Shown: positions 45,597-54,552, counted from the stretch's first letter. The stretch is DNA of 64,000 bases from Oligoflexales bacterium (GCA_044375465.1 JBILMN010000003.1:7587-71586); one strand, 5' to 3'. Notes: a model not told the origin generated them from the sequence alone. A program made the numbers and translations.

Positions 45597-46307
45597 ATGC
45601 CTGTTCGATCGCATGATATTTTTGCTGACGTCGTGTCCTCGTTTCACAATGACTGTAATGCTTACGTCGCAAAATTCGTTGATGCTCAGACGACAGGATC
45701 ATTGCCAATCGCGATGGGGCCCGCTTTGCGTGATTTTCCCGGACAGTGGCGCCATAAATTTACCGCCGTCGACGGCGATAAAAATTCGCTTCCGCTCATC
45801 GTTGAAATCGGTTGTCATACAGGTCATACCATTTGTGATATGGCTCAACGACACCCAGAGGCCTTGTTTGTCGGTGTGGACATCACGTTTAAGCGTGTTG
45901 TACAAACGGCTGAAAGGGCGAGAGATCTGGGGATCAAAAATATTTTTGCGGTTTTAGCTAACGCTAAAGGCCTGCGAGATCTATTTCAGCCTGGGGAGGT
46001 GTCGGGATTTGTGACGTTTTTTCCCGACCCTTGGAAAAAGAAAAAACATGCTCACCATCGGCTCTACTCCCCAACATTTTGTGACACCGCCTGGAGCCAA
46101 CTAAGACCCGGCGGATTTCTTTGGCTAAAAACGGATCAGATGCCTTATTTTTCTGATGCCTGCATCTGCGCGGAGAACGCCGGATTTGTGGAAACAACAG
46201 CAGTCCCAGTTTTTGCCGAAGGGGATTTCTCCAGCTTTTTCTTACGCCGTTTCGAATTGATGGGTCAGCCTTGGTACGGACGAAAATGGGTCAAACTTCA
46301 ATCCTGA
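45597..46307 (+). CDS. trmB: tRNA (guanine46-N7)-methyltransferase
   Basis: Start refined to ATG 45597 (GGAGG upstream). VEIGCHTGHT SAM motif and FFPDPWKKKKHAHHRL TrmB signature. Confidence 0.9.
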   Translation: MPVRSHDIFADVVSSFHNDCNAYVAKFVDAQTTGSLPIAMGPALRDFPGQWRHKFTAVDGDKNSLPLIVEIGCHTGHTICDMAQRHPEALFVGVDITFKRVVQTAERARDLGIKNIFAVLANAKGLRDLFQPGEVSGFVTFFPDPWKKKKHAHHRLYSPTFCDTAWSQLRPGGFLWLKTDQMPYFSDACICAENAGFVETTAVPVFAEGDFSSFFLRRFELMGQPWYGRKWVKLQS

Positions 46308-46330
46308 GATTGAATTGTTAGCCGGGTTTC

Positions 46331-46360
46331 GTGACGCCCCTGCGCCAGCCATGGTAGAAT
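46331..46360 (+). promoter_or_regulatory. Candidate promoter (GTGACG-18-TGgTAGAAT) for the ybeY operon
   Basis: Extended -10 TGGTAGAAT at 46352-46360, with a weak -35 at 46331-46336. Confidence 0.3.
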
Positions 46361-46451
46361 GAAAGAGTATTTAGATGACATATTGGCAGGTCGCATGCTG
46401 TCGACCGCGCCGCCCAAAAAGATCTATTTGAGTTGAGGATGACTGGTTGTT

Positions 46452-46760
46452 ATGAGCCATGAACCAAAAGTCAGAGTCATTGGTGCAAAGAAAGCCTCTT
46501 CCGCGCTGACCATTGAGACCTTGGTCAACTTTGCTGAACGGGTCATACGCACGGACAAAGATGCAGCACTCAAAGCACAAAATTCTGCATCAGATCTGAT
46601 GGCGCCATCCAATGACCGTCCTGCAGCTGAGCGCAAATCACCGCGGATCAGCGCACTGAGTGAGCTTAGTCAACGCTCAGGCTGCATAAAAATCAAGAAC
46701 GACGACCAAACCGACGAATCGTCCGAAAAACTGATTAAATTCACCCGCAAAGCTGATTGA
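46452..46760 (+). CDS. Hypothetical small hydrophilic protein upstream of ybeY
   Basis: 102-aa ORF. Its stop overlaps the ybeY ORF start. No family recognised and the SD is weak. Confidence 0.45.
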   Translation: MSHEPKVRVIGAKKASSALTIETLVNFAERVIRTDKDAALKAQNSASDLMAPSNDRPAAERKSPRISALSELSQRSGCIKIKNDDQTDESSEKLIKFTRKAD

Positions 46761-47335
46761 CTCGAAGGTTAAAGCGCATCGTGACTCTAGCCATCAAAAA
46801 AATCGATTGTGTCCACGTAACCAACAACCAAAGGTCCTTTGCGGTCAACCGCGGCAAAGTCGCAATCATTGCCAATGAAATCGCACGACGGCTAGGTGTA
46901 AACCACTACGAGATCTGCCTGCGATTTGTCAGCCCAAAGACCATGCGTTCACTCAACCGCCAATACCGTGATAAAGACAAATCCACAGATGTCTTGTCGT
47001 TTCCGCAGTATGAGTGGAAAAGGCCCCTCAAAGTCAGACCACAGCCGCCACCGTCCCGGCCCATTTTGAACCCGTTGCCCCTGGGTGACGTCGTGATTTC
47101 GACGCAGGATGCCTCAGCCAACGCAAGAGAGTCCGGTCACGACTTGAGTAAGGAGATTTGCTTCCTGATCATCCACGGGATTTTGCACCTTGTTGGTCAT
47201 GATCATATGAAACCAGCCGAAAAAAAACGCATGTTTGCCGAGCAGCGCAAACTCATGCGCCTTTTCTCCGCCACCAAGACCAGACCCGCCGCCTGGAAGG
47301 GGTGCATCACTCAAAAAAGGAAATCAAAGTCCTGA
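46757..47335 (+). CDS. ybeY: rRNA maturation endoribonuclease YbeY
   Basis: STDVLSFP and HGILHLVGHDH zinc motif. Start uncertain (the ORF begins at TTG 46757, and the true start may lie downstream). Confidence 0.85.
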   Translation: MTRRLKRIVTLAIKKIDCVHVTNNQRSFAVNRGKVAIIANEIARRLGVNHYEICLRFVSPKTMRSLNRQYRDKDKSTDVLSFPQYEWKRPLKVRPQPPPSRPILNPLPLGDVVISTQDASANARESGHDLSKEICFLIIHGILHLVGHDHMKPAEKKRMFAEQRKLMRLFSATKTRPAAWKGCITQKRKSKS

Positions 47336-47338
47336 ACT

Positions 47339-48649
47339 ATGGATAAACTCTTTGAAAATGACACGGTATCGGTTATCGGATTTATCGCCTGCGGCGTCAT
47401 CTCGGCGTTGTTTTCTGGCGCTGAAACCGCCATTACCGGGCTCGGCTCGTTGAAAGCAAAACATATCCTGGATACGCGCGGAGAAAAAGCTAAAGAATTG
47501 AACCTTTGGCTCAATCACCCGAGCCGTGTGTTGACGACGATTCTTCTGTTCAATACTGCGGTTAACATTCTCGCATCAGCGATCGCGACCGAATACGCCA
47601 ACCGTTATTACGCCGATAAGGGATTGGCGATCGCCACAGGTTTTACGACCTTGGTGGTATTGATCGCTTGTGAAATTATCCCAAAGACCATTGGTAAAAT
47701 TTATACCGAGGTCCTCGCGGTTCCGTCGATGAAATTTGTCTACCTCTTTTATCGCCTCACGTACCCGCTGGTGCTTGGACTGAGCTACATCGCCTCATCC
47801 CTGATCCAGGCATTTGGTGGTGGCAAACATCAGCCGGGTCCTCAAATCACAGAAGAGGAGCTTGAGTTCCTGGTGAATGTTGGCGAAAAAGCCGGGGTGT
47901 TTGAAGAGACAAAACAGGACATGATTTCCGGAGTTTTTGAATTTGATGAAATCAAGGTCCGCGAGATTATGACCCCTCGCACGGACATGACCGCCATTGA
48001 ACTCAAAACACCTCTCAGAGAGGCTGTGAAGCTGGCTTATGAGAGTGGTCACGCGCGGATTCCTGTTTACGATGACCGCATTGATAATGTCGTGGGGATC
48101 CTTTTGGCAAAAGACCTGCTGCAGTTTGCGATGATCCCGGAAAAACTCCAAACGCTCAAAATTCATCACATTATGCGCAAAGCCCGCCAGGTTCCTGAAT
48201 CAAAATTGATCATGGATGTTTTTAAAGAACTGAAGCGCACGAAAACACACATGGCGATTGTGATCGACGAATACGGCGGCACCGCGGGATTAATCACATT
48301 GGAAGATATGCTTGAAGAAATCGTCGGCGAGATTCAAGACGAACATGACGAGGAGCTCGCCAAAGTCATTGAGGTCAGCCCTGGGATTTATGACGTGCTT
48401 GGGCAAATGAACCTCGATGAATTTCTTGACTTCTTTGATATCGAACCGTCCCAGATTCACGCCGAGAGCGAACAAGACGCCGAAACTGTCGCTGGTTATA
48501 TGATTCAGGTGATTGGAGACCTGCCAAAGGTCGGGCAATCGACGACGATCGGACCTCTGACCTGTGAGGTCTCACAAGTCAGTCGCCACCGCATTGAGCG
48601 AGTGCGGGTTCACAAAACCATTGAACCTGCACCGGACACCCAAAATTAG
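47339..48649 (+). CDS. CNNM/TlyC/CorC-family protein (DUF21 + CBS pair + CorC_HlyC)
   Basis: N-terminal 4-TM DUF21. CBS region REIMTPRTDMTAIEL...ARIPVYDDRIDNVVGILLAKDLL. C-terminal transporter-associated domain. Confidence 0.9.
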   Translation: MDKLFENDTVSVIGFIACGVISALFSGAETAITGLGSLKAKHILDTRGEKAKELNLWLNHPSRVLTTILLFNTAVNILASAIATEYANRYYADKGLAIATGFTTLVVLIACEIIPKTIGKIYTEVLAVPSMKFVYLFYRLTYPLVLGLSYIASSLIQAFGGGKHQPGPQITEEELEFLVNVGEKAGVFEETKQDMISGVFEFDEIKVREIMTPRTDMTAIELKTPLREAVKLAYESGHARIPVYDDRIDNVVGILLAKDLLQFAMIPEKLQTLKIHHIMRKARQVPESKLIMDVFKELKRTKTHMAIVIDEYGGTAGLITLEDMLEEIVGEIQDEHDEELAKVIEVSPGIYDVLGQMNLDEFLDFFDIEPSQIHAESEQDAETVAGYMIQVIGDLPKVGQSTTIGPLTCEVSQVSRHRIERVRVHKTIEPAPDTQN

Positions 48650-48669
48650 CGAGATCTGTTCTTAACAGT

Positions 48670-49692
48670 TTAGACTTGTACCGAGAAAATTGGCGGCTCA
48701 AGACCCCGCCGCATCGCGGTGACGCGGGATGCAGCGTCCGCAAGCCGTGAGGCAAACACTTGACTTTTGCGCGCTTCAGCCCGGAGCGCATCGAGAGCGG
48801 CCATGCAGCGTTCGAGTCCCTGACACACAAGAAGGGCATCACACCCTGCGGCCATGGCGTCAACCAAGGCGATTTTCCAATCAGCGATATCTTGTGGCAG
48901 CGCCCCCATATTCATGTCGTCACTGACGACGACTCCGCGAAACCCGAGCCTGAGTCGCAACCAATCCATAATGATCACTCTGGAACGGCTCGCCTCTTGG
49001 TCGCTCAGAACCGGGAAAATGGAGTGCGAGATCATCACCATATGACTCTTTTGCGCCAGAGCCTTGAATGGCACCAGTTCGCGATTGAGAAGTGTTTGCA
49101 GGTTGATATTGATGGCGGCAGATCCCACATGGGTATCCACACGAGCATCACCTTGTCCGGGAAAGTGCTTTAAGCAGCCCATCACACGTTCCGACTGCAG
49201 ACCCGCCAAAAAAGCCTCTGCGCGTTTGGTCACGTCTTCAGCGGTCAGGCCAAAGCAGCGATCGCCGATCGCATGATTCGTCGGTTCAGAAAGAATATCA
49301 ACCACAGGTGCGAAATTGACATTCACCCCTACGGATTTCAGCGCGGCACCAACTTCCTGGCCGTATGCACGGATACGCTTGAGAGACGAATCGTCGACAT
49401 GCCCTCCCTCTAGGCGCATTGCCGGACCGCGATTTGGAAAGGTGGCCGGAAAGCGCGCAACACGCCCTCCCTCTTGATCCACCGCGATGATTAACGGGGG
49501 ATCGCCAGGAGGTCTGGTTTCCTGGAGTTTTTGGTTAAGAATCGCTACGCCCCGATAAAGCTGCTGCGGAATGTTGCGCCGAAAAAGCGTGACCCCAGCC
49601 GGTGACTCTTCCCTGAAGAATCGATCCTCATCCGGGGTCAGTTCAAGGCCCTCCACAGCTGCCACGAGAACAGCGCTGGCCGCGTCTTTCAT
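48670..49692 (-). CDS. nagZ: Beta-N-acetylhexosaminidase (GH3, NagZ-like)
   Basis: IAVDQEGGRVARF, KHFPGQGDARVDTHVG, VVVSDDMNMGAL. Confidence 0.85.
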   Translation of the reverse strand: MKDAASAVLVAAVEGLELTPDEDRFFREESPAGVTLFRRNIPQQLYRGVAILNQKLQETRPPGDPPLIIAVDQEGGRVARFPATFPNRGPAMRLEGGHVDDSSLKRIRAYGQEVGAALKSVGVNVNFAPVVDILSEPTNHAIGDRCFGLTAEDVTKRAEAFLAGLQSERVMGCLKHFPGQGDARVDTHVGSAAININLQTLLNRELVPFKALAQKSHMVMISHSIFPVLSDQEASRSRVIIMDWLRLRLGFRGVVVSDDMNMGALPQDIADWKIALVDAMAAGCDALLVCQGLERCMAALDALRAEARKSQVFASRLADAASRVTAMRRGLEPPIFSVQV

Positions 49693-49695
49693 GAA

Positions 49696-49953
49696 CTACT
49701 CGTCAATGATCTGGAGAATGTAGCGTTTGTTCACTTTAGCAGCGGCGCAATTCAAAATCGTCCGGATGGCATCAGCCGTCCGACCTTGGCGACCAATGAC
49801 CTTACCGATATCTTCTTTGGCGACTTTGAGCTCAATGATGTTTGTCTGGTTTCCAGCGACTTCGGAGATTTCAATTTTTCCGACCTCATCGACTAAAGCC
49901 TTGGCGACAAACTCAACCAAGTCTTTCATTTGCGTATCATTTGTTGATGACAT
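49696..49953 (-). CDS. KH-domain RNA-binding protein (YlqC/UPF0109-like)
   Basis: 85 aa. KVIGRQGRTADAIRTIL carries the GxxG KH motif. Confidence 0.8.
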   Translation of the reverse strand: MSSTNDTQMKDLVEFVAKALVDEVGKIEISEVAGNQTNIIELKVAKEDIGKVIGRQGRTADAIRTILNCAAAKVNKRYILQIIDE

Positions 49954-50055
49954 TTCAGATCCACCTTGCAGTATCAGTTCAGATTAAGAGCTTCAGATAT
50001 ACAGACTCTCTTTAAGTCTATACAATTATTGTTTCATTGCAAAGGAGGACTTTCC

Positions 50056-50493
50056 ATGGCTGAGCTTGAAACAACGCACATCTTTAAGGGGCATATTAAT
50101 AAAGTCTTTGCGGCCCTTGGACAATATCAGCGCTATCCTGAGTTTATTCCCGGTGTTACCGGCATTCAGGTCCTCCCTCCACCGGCGGGCAGTCAGGCCA
50201 AGTGCCTCGTGCGCTATGAAATCAATATTGTGAAGACTTTTTTTTACACGATTGAAATGTTTGATAATGGCAAGGACCGCATCTGGTGGAAGATGACTGA
50301 CAGCAATCTTATGAAAAAAAATGACGGTGAATGGTCTCTTTCTGACAGAAACGGCTCAGAAACCAACGCCACCTATAAACTCGATGTGGCGTTCAAAGGA
50401 CTTGTTCCATCCATGATCACAGACCAGGTCGCCAAAGCTAACCTTCCTGGTATGTTCGCGGGCTTCCAAAAACTTATCGATACGCTGGCCTGA
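50056..50493 (+). CDS. SRPBCC (START/RatA/polyketide-cyclase-like) protein
   Basis: ATG 50056 after AAGGAGG. VFAALGQYQRYPEFIPGVTGIQVL is typical of the RatA/Coq10-like family. Confidence 0.7.
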   Translation: MAELETTHIFKGHINKVFAALGQYQRYPEFIPGVTGIQVLPPPAGSQAKCLVRYEINIVKTFFYTIEMFDNGKDRIWWKMTDSNLMKKNDGEWSLSDRNGSETNATYKLDVAFKGLVPSMITDQVAKANLPGMFAGFQKLIDTLA

Positions 50494-51019
50494 CGAAGGT
50501 TAGATCGGACCAGTCCACAATAAATGGAACCCCCTCGGCTTCCCGAATCTGGGGGTAATCATCCAACACCAGTCCTGCCTGACCAAGTGCTTTTGCGGTT
50601 TCATGCAGTAGCGTGTTCACAGCTTTGGCACCCTGCCTTGAGACGACCTGACCTTTGGGCATCACGATCGCCATGAGCCCATGCTGCTGCAGGATATCCA
50701 TGGGCGGGACCAGGACCGCCTGTTCCAAAGACTTGGCAAGCGTCATCGCCTCGCTCCAACGCCGCAAAGCAGCATCACCAAGCTTGTGAAATGACCCCTT
50801 CGCAATGCTGACAGCGAGGTGGATGGGCGTCGCAGCCACCTCAAAGCTCTGGAAGTGGCTTCCCTCGCCTAAAAAACCAGGCAAATTGCGTCGCTCTGTC
50901 TCTGAGAGTGCAGCGACCCGGGCCAAAAAACCGCTGATCTTGGCGTTGTCATAGGCCTGATAAAATAATGATTTTAATTCTGATTCTGTTCTCACATGAC
51001 CCCCACAATAAACCGTCAA
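50474..51019 (-). CDS. Hypothetical protein
   Basis: 181-aa ORF with TTG start and protein-like composition. Its 3' end overlaps the convergent SRPBCC gene by 20 bp. No family recognised. Confidence 0.45.
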   Translation of the reverse strand: MTVYCGGHVRTESELKSLFYQAYDNAKISGFLARVAALSETERRNLPGFLGEGSHFQSFEVAATPIHLAVSIAKGSFHKLGDAALRRWSEAMTLAKSLEQAVLVPPMDILQQHGLMAIVMPKGQVVSRQGAKAVNTLLHETAKALGQAGLVLDDYPQIREAEGVPFIVDWSDLTFVRPAYR

Positions 51020-51343
51020 AACCCACTGCTAGTAGTATCGCACGAATCACAACATTGCTGGTAGAACGCCCCGATGGCAAACGTGGCCATGGAGCGGCCT
51101 CGTTGATCCAGACGGTCCGCCCTTGCGTTTAAAATCTAGACAGTTTGTCCATGAGCCTTACAGGGTCCTACACGAAAGCGCCCTCTGATTTTGACTTTAA
51201 TCAGCTAATATCATTAGATTATTTTTGGATATTTAGACAAAGGTCCAAAGCGCCTCTTGTGGCATACCCCTTGCTTCGTGTACGGTGAGGGGCGTTACAC
51301 CCTCAAGCTGAAGCTCTTAGAACTGCTGAAAGTGGAGGATTCC

Positions 51344-51559
51344 ATGCAAAACCAGACTGAAAATTCCAAACTGGTCTCGCTCTTTGGTAACAGCAAAGAG
51401 ACGCCCGCCAAAGAAGGCTCTGAATCCAGCAATAAAGATGGATCTGGCATCGGTTTTTTTGATGCCATGAAGCGAAACCTGGACAACGAAGAACGCCTTC
51501 GCAAAGAACGACTTAAAGCCAATCAGTCCGTCCTGAAATCCTACCGCATCAAAAACTGA
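51344..51559 (+). CDS. Small hydrophilic hypothetical protein (71 aa)
   Basis: Internal ATG 51344 preceded by GGAGG. Product MQNQTENSKLVSLFGNSKETPAKEGSESSNKDGSGIGFFDAMKRNLDNEERLRKERLKANQSVLKSYRIKN. Confidence 0.45.
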   Translation: MQNQTENSKLVSLFGNSKETPAKEGSESSNKDGSGIGFFDAMKRNLDNEERLRKERLKANQSVLKSYRIKN

Positions 51560-51664
51560 TTTTTAGACCCGCCATCTTCATGATGGTACCTCGTTGATCA
51601 TTGCTTTTGCTGTCGCTGCTGTTCTTATTTGTTGTACCACCCGCTGCTGTAGAGGATCTCTCCC

Positions 51665-51961
51665 ATGTCCACCAACCACACCCCGTCTCAAGAAACACAA
51701 AAAACAAAAGTCCTCGACTTCACCGCTTTCAAGAAAAAGCAGGCGGTCAATCAGGAGGTCGCTCGTGGACGTAAACCCTTATATATCAACCATGATGAAG
51801 GGCGCGTGTCGGGTACTGCCGCCAGCGCGACAGCCCCATCAGCCGGAGAAGATTTTGGCGACCGTTTGCAAAAGATACGCGCAAGCCTTGACCGCATTAA
51901 CAATCTGATGGCTGACCTCAAAAAACTCTCAGCCCACCGCGATCAGTCAAAACCTCACTAA
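51665..51961 (+). CDS. Small hydrophilic hypothetical protein (98 aa) whose 3' end is duplicated downstream
   Basis: AGAGGA SD 7 nt before the ATG. C-terminal helix DFGDRLQKIRASLDRINNLMADLKKLSAHRDQSKPH. More protein-like than the overlapping alternative-frame ORF 51594-51908. Confidence 0.5.
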   Translation: MSTNHTPSQETQKTKVLDFTAFKKKQAVNQEVARGRKPLYINHDEGRVSGTAASATAPSAGEDFGDRLQKIRASLDRINNLMADLKKLSAHRDQSKPH

Positions 51962-51978
51962 GCCCGCTGTTTAAATGG
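51881..51978 (+). repeat. 98-bp direct repeat, copy 1 (last 27 codons + stop of the 98-aa gene plus 17 nt)
   Basis: Identical base for base to 52042-52139 on manual comparison. Confidence 0.9.
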
Positions 51979-51979
51979 A

Positions 51980-52030
51980 TTTAAATGGGGACACCCGTTT
52001 AAATGGGGACACCCGACTGTCCCCATTTAA
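51980..52030. repeat. Motif cluster 1: 2 direct copies of TTTAAATGGGGACACCCG + 1 inverted copy (hairpin)
   Basis: Direct copies at 51980-51997 and 51998-52015. Inverted TGTCCCCATTTAA at 52018-52030. AAATGGGGACA / TGTCCCCATTT forms an 11-bp stem. Confidence 0.85.
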
Positions 52031-52041
52031 CCGCATTTAAT

Positions 52042-52139
52042 GCAAGCCTTGACCGCATTAACAATCTGATGGCTGACCTCAAAAAACTCTCAGCCCACCG
52101 CGATCAGTCAAAACCTCACTAAGCCCGCTGTTTAAATGG
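52042..52139 (+). repeat. 98-bp direct repeat, copy 2 (intergenic)
   Basis: Identical to 51881-51978, offset by 161 bp. Confidence 0.9.
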
Positions 52140-52190
52140 GGACATTTAAATGGGGACAGTCGGGTGTCCCCATCGGGTGTCCCCATTTAA
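52131..52190. repeat. Motif cluster 2: 2 direct + 2 inverted copies of the same motif; likely bidirectional terminator
   Basis: TTTAAATGGGGACA at 52131-52144 and 52145-52158. Inverted CGGGTGTCCCCA at 52161-52172 and CGGGTGTCCCCATTTAA at 52174-52190. The hpt stop codon (52187-52189) lies inside the last copy. Confidence 0.85.
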
Positions 52191-52756
52191 CTTGTTTTTA
52201 CCTGAGCGATGAACGGCAATTCACGAAAACGTTGATCAAGATCAAGTCCGTAGCCGATCACAAATTCGCGAGTGATGGCAAATCCAGTGTAGTCAACCTT
52301 TACTGGAACCTCGCGCGCCTCCGGTTTATCCAGTAAGGCGCACAGCCGCAATGATTTCGGCGAACGCTGGGAGAGAATCCTAAGTAGATAATCCAAAGTC
52401 CTTCCAGTATCGACGATGTCTTCGACCAAAATGACGTTCTTGCCGGCGATGTCTGTCGAGAGATCGTGGGTGATACGCACGGTGCCAGTTGATTGGGTGC
52501 CGCTGTAGCTCGAGCAACCAATAAAATCGACGATCACCGGAGCTTTGATCGATCGCACAAGATCCGCGGTGAACATAAACGCCCCCTTCAGCACGCCAAT
52601 CACCACCACCGACTCACCATTGAGGTCCCGAGAGATTGTCTTTCCCAGCTCCTGAACGCGAGCCTTAATGGCGGATTCATCAAACAAAGGTTTATATGAG
52701 ATCGTGTCAGGATTTATCGACTCTGACTGGATTGTCTCTGAATGATCACGACTCAT
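52187..52756 (-). CDS. hpt: Hypoxanthine phosphoribosyltransferase
   Basis: Start refined to ATG 52756 (AAGGAG 6 nt upstream). PRPP motif NVILVEDIVDTGRTLDYL. VIGVLKGAFMFTADL. Confidence 0.9.
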   Translation of the reverse strand: MSRDHSETIQSESINPDTISYKPLFDESAIKARVQELGKTISRDLNGESVVVIGVLKGAFMFTADLVRSIKAPVIVDFIGCSSYSGTQSTGTVRITHDLSTDIAGKNVILVEDIVDTGRTLDYLLRILSQRSPKSLRLCALLDKPEAREVPVKVDYTGFAITREFVIGYGLDLDQRFRELPFIAQVKTS

Positions 52757-52809
52757 GCCTAACTCCTTTAAACTCATACTTCGTCATCAGTATCTACCTG
52801 CACTCTACC

Positions 52810-54108
52810 TTAAATCATTCGCCAAATCAGTGGCTCGACATCGACCTTGGGACCGATTTTGTAAGCCGTCGTGATTTGAGTGGCCACTTGCAGCGCAGAC
52901 TCCTTGGAGTTCGCATGAATCCGGGCGATGATATCGCCGCGGCCGATTTTATCCCCAACACGCTTTAATTCCGAAAGCCCGACGGCTGGATCTATAGTGT
53001 CGGTGGATCGCCGACGCCCCCCTCCAAGTTCAACAATTGCAAGCCCCAGCTCACGAACGTCACAATCAACAATCACTCCGTTCGACTCGGCTTTGACGTC
53101 CCAGATCACTGGAGCCTGCTTAAACTTCGTGACGTCTTCGATGAAGCTAATGTCTCCGCCCTGTGACTTGATGATTTGCGCAAAGACCTCAAAAGCGCGT
53201 CCTGAGGACAGATGGCCTAACATCCGCTCGCGCACATCGGCTCTGGCGATACTGGGTCTGGCCAGATGCGCCATTTCAACAGCGAGGTCTACCGATAGAT
53301 CCCTGGTGCTTGACGGCCCTTGACCCTGGAGAATTTCCACACACTCAATCACTTCAAGACTGTTGCCGGCGCGGTCTCCCAGCGGACTTCCCATATCAGT
53401 CAAGGCGCAGCGGATTTTCAAACCTGCAGCTGAGCCCACGGCGGCGATGGACTCAGCCAGAGCCATGGCGTCAGATTTGGCGCGCATAAACGCACCGGAG
53501 CCATACTTTACATCCATCACAAGGCAGCCAATACCTTCGGCTAATTTTTTGCTGAGGATTGAGGCGGTAATCAACGGCACGCTTTCAACGGTATCTGTCA
53601 CATCGCGCATGGCGTAGAGCTTTTTATCGAGTGGAGCGATCTCTTCTGTTTGACCCATAAAAAACCCGCCATGATCCCGCAAAAGACGAGCGGACTCCTC
53701 AGCGGTCATGAATACATTGGTGCCCGAAATCGCCTCAAGCTTGTCCAGGGTTCCTCCGGTATGGCCAAGGCCACGACCAGCAATCATTGGGACCCGCAAT
53801 CCCTCAAGAACGCACAGCGGAAGAATTACAAGGCTTGTTTTATCCCCGACACCGCCAGTGCTGTGCTTATCCACGATCTGCGACTGGTCCCCACCCCAGT
53901 GGAGCTTGCGACCCGAATCGCGCATGGTCAGGGTCAAAGCCGTTGCTTCTTGCCGATCCATCCCCTTTAGAACGATCGCCATCAGCATTGCAGCCACCTG
54001 ATAGTCGGCGACCTCGCCCCGCATGAAACCACCAAAAAACCCCTCAATGTCATCGGCAGATAGAGGGTGCCCAAATCGCTTCTTACGAATCACTTCTTGC
54101 GGGAGCAT
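52810..54108 (-). CDS. deoA: Thymidine/pyrimidine-nucleoside phosphorylase
   Basis: DKHSTGGVGDKTSLVILP, GRGLGHTGGTLDKLEAI, SILSKKLAEG. Confidence 0.9.
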   Translation of the reverse strand: MLPQEVIRKKRFGHPLSADDIEGFFGGFMRGEVADYQVAAMLMAIVLKGMDRQEATALTLTMRDSGRKLHWGGDQSQIVDKHSTGGVGDKTSLVILPLCVLEGLRVPMIAGRGLGHTGGTLDKLEAISGTNVFMTAEESARLLRDHGGFFMGQTEEIAPLDKKLYAMRDVTDTVESVPLITASILSKKLAEGIGCLVMDVKYGSGAFMRAKSDAMALAESIAAVGSAAGLKIRCALTDMGSPLGDRAGNSLEVIECVEILQGQGPSSTRDLSVDLAVEMAHLARPSIARADVRERMLGHLSSGRAFEVFAQIIKSQGGDISFIEDVTKFKQAPVIWDVKAESNGVIVDCDVRELGLAIVELGGGRRRSTDTIDPAVGLSELKRVGDKIGRGDIIARIHANSKESALQVATQITTAYKIGPKVDVEPLIWRMI

Positions 54109-54137
54109 GTTATGGAAGTTCCTGAAATGTCTAAAAA

Positions 54138-54156
54138 TTCTTAGAAATTCTAAGAA
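54138..54156. promoter_or_regulatory. 19-bp perfect palindrome TTCTTAGAA-A-TTCTAAGAA overlapping the predicted deoA -10 (DeoR-operator-like)
   Basis: Lies 30-48 nt upstream of the deoA ATG. On the minus strand, TTGTCA (54171-54176)-18-TAGAAT (54147-54152) forms a promoter whose -10 sits inside the palindrome. Confidence 0.5.
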
Positions 54157-54169
54157 ATCTATTAAAATA

Positions 54170-54199
54170 TTGACAAAATGAGTCCAAATGTTGTATTTT
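54170..54199 (+). promoter_or_regulatory. Candidate divergent promoter TTGACA-18-TATTTT for the 78-aa gene
   Basis: TTGACA at 54170-54175 and TATTTT at 54194-54199. Confidence 0.3.
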
Positions 54200-54315
54200 A
54201 CGCCCCTATTTTGGCCTAGGAAACAAGTTTTTTGCTTTTTTCCAGACGAATGGTCCGTTTGACTGAATTTTGGTCGACGATTTTGACTGATATCGATTCT
54301 AATAGGAGGTTTTCC

Positions 54316-54552
54316 ATGGAATTCGAAACCACCACCGACGCCAGTGGCAACAAAGTTAAGAAGTTACCCCCATCTGTAGTCAAAGACATTGAGCTTAAGA
54401 ATCACGCTCGCCGACTGGCGAACCTCTCTCCGATTCGCATCAAAGTGCGGGCCTGCATTGCTTGCGGCATGTTATTTGAGTCTGCTGGTAACCGCACCTG
54501 CGGCTGCAATACCCGTAGCACGGGTTTTATCGCGGGTCGTGAGATTATCTAA
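54316..54552 (+). CDS. Small Cys-containing (zinc-ribbon-like) hypothetical protein, 78 aa
   Basis: ATG 54316 preceded by AGGAGG. CIACG ... CGC Cys pairs. Confidence 0.55.
   Translation: MEFETTTDASGNKVKKLPPSVVKDIELKNHARRLANLSPIRIKVRACIACGMLFESAGNRTCGCNTRSTGFIAGREII

Noticed and set aside
51594-51908. 104-aa ORF overlapping the 98-aa gene in another frame
   Set aside because: It is Cys/Arg/Pro-rich with unlikely composition and no SD. The 51665 frame has an SD and helical, protein-like sequence.
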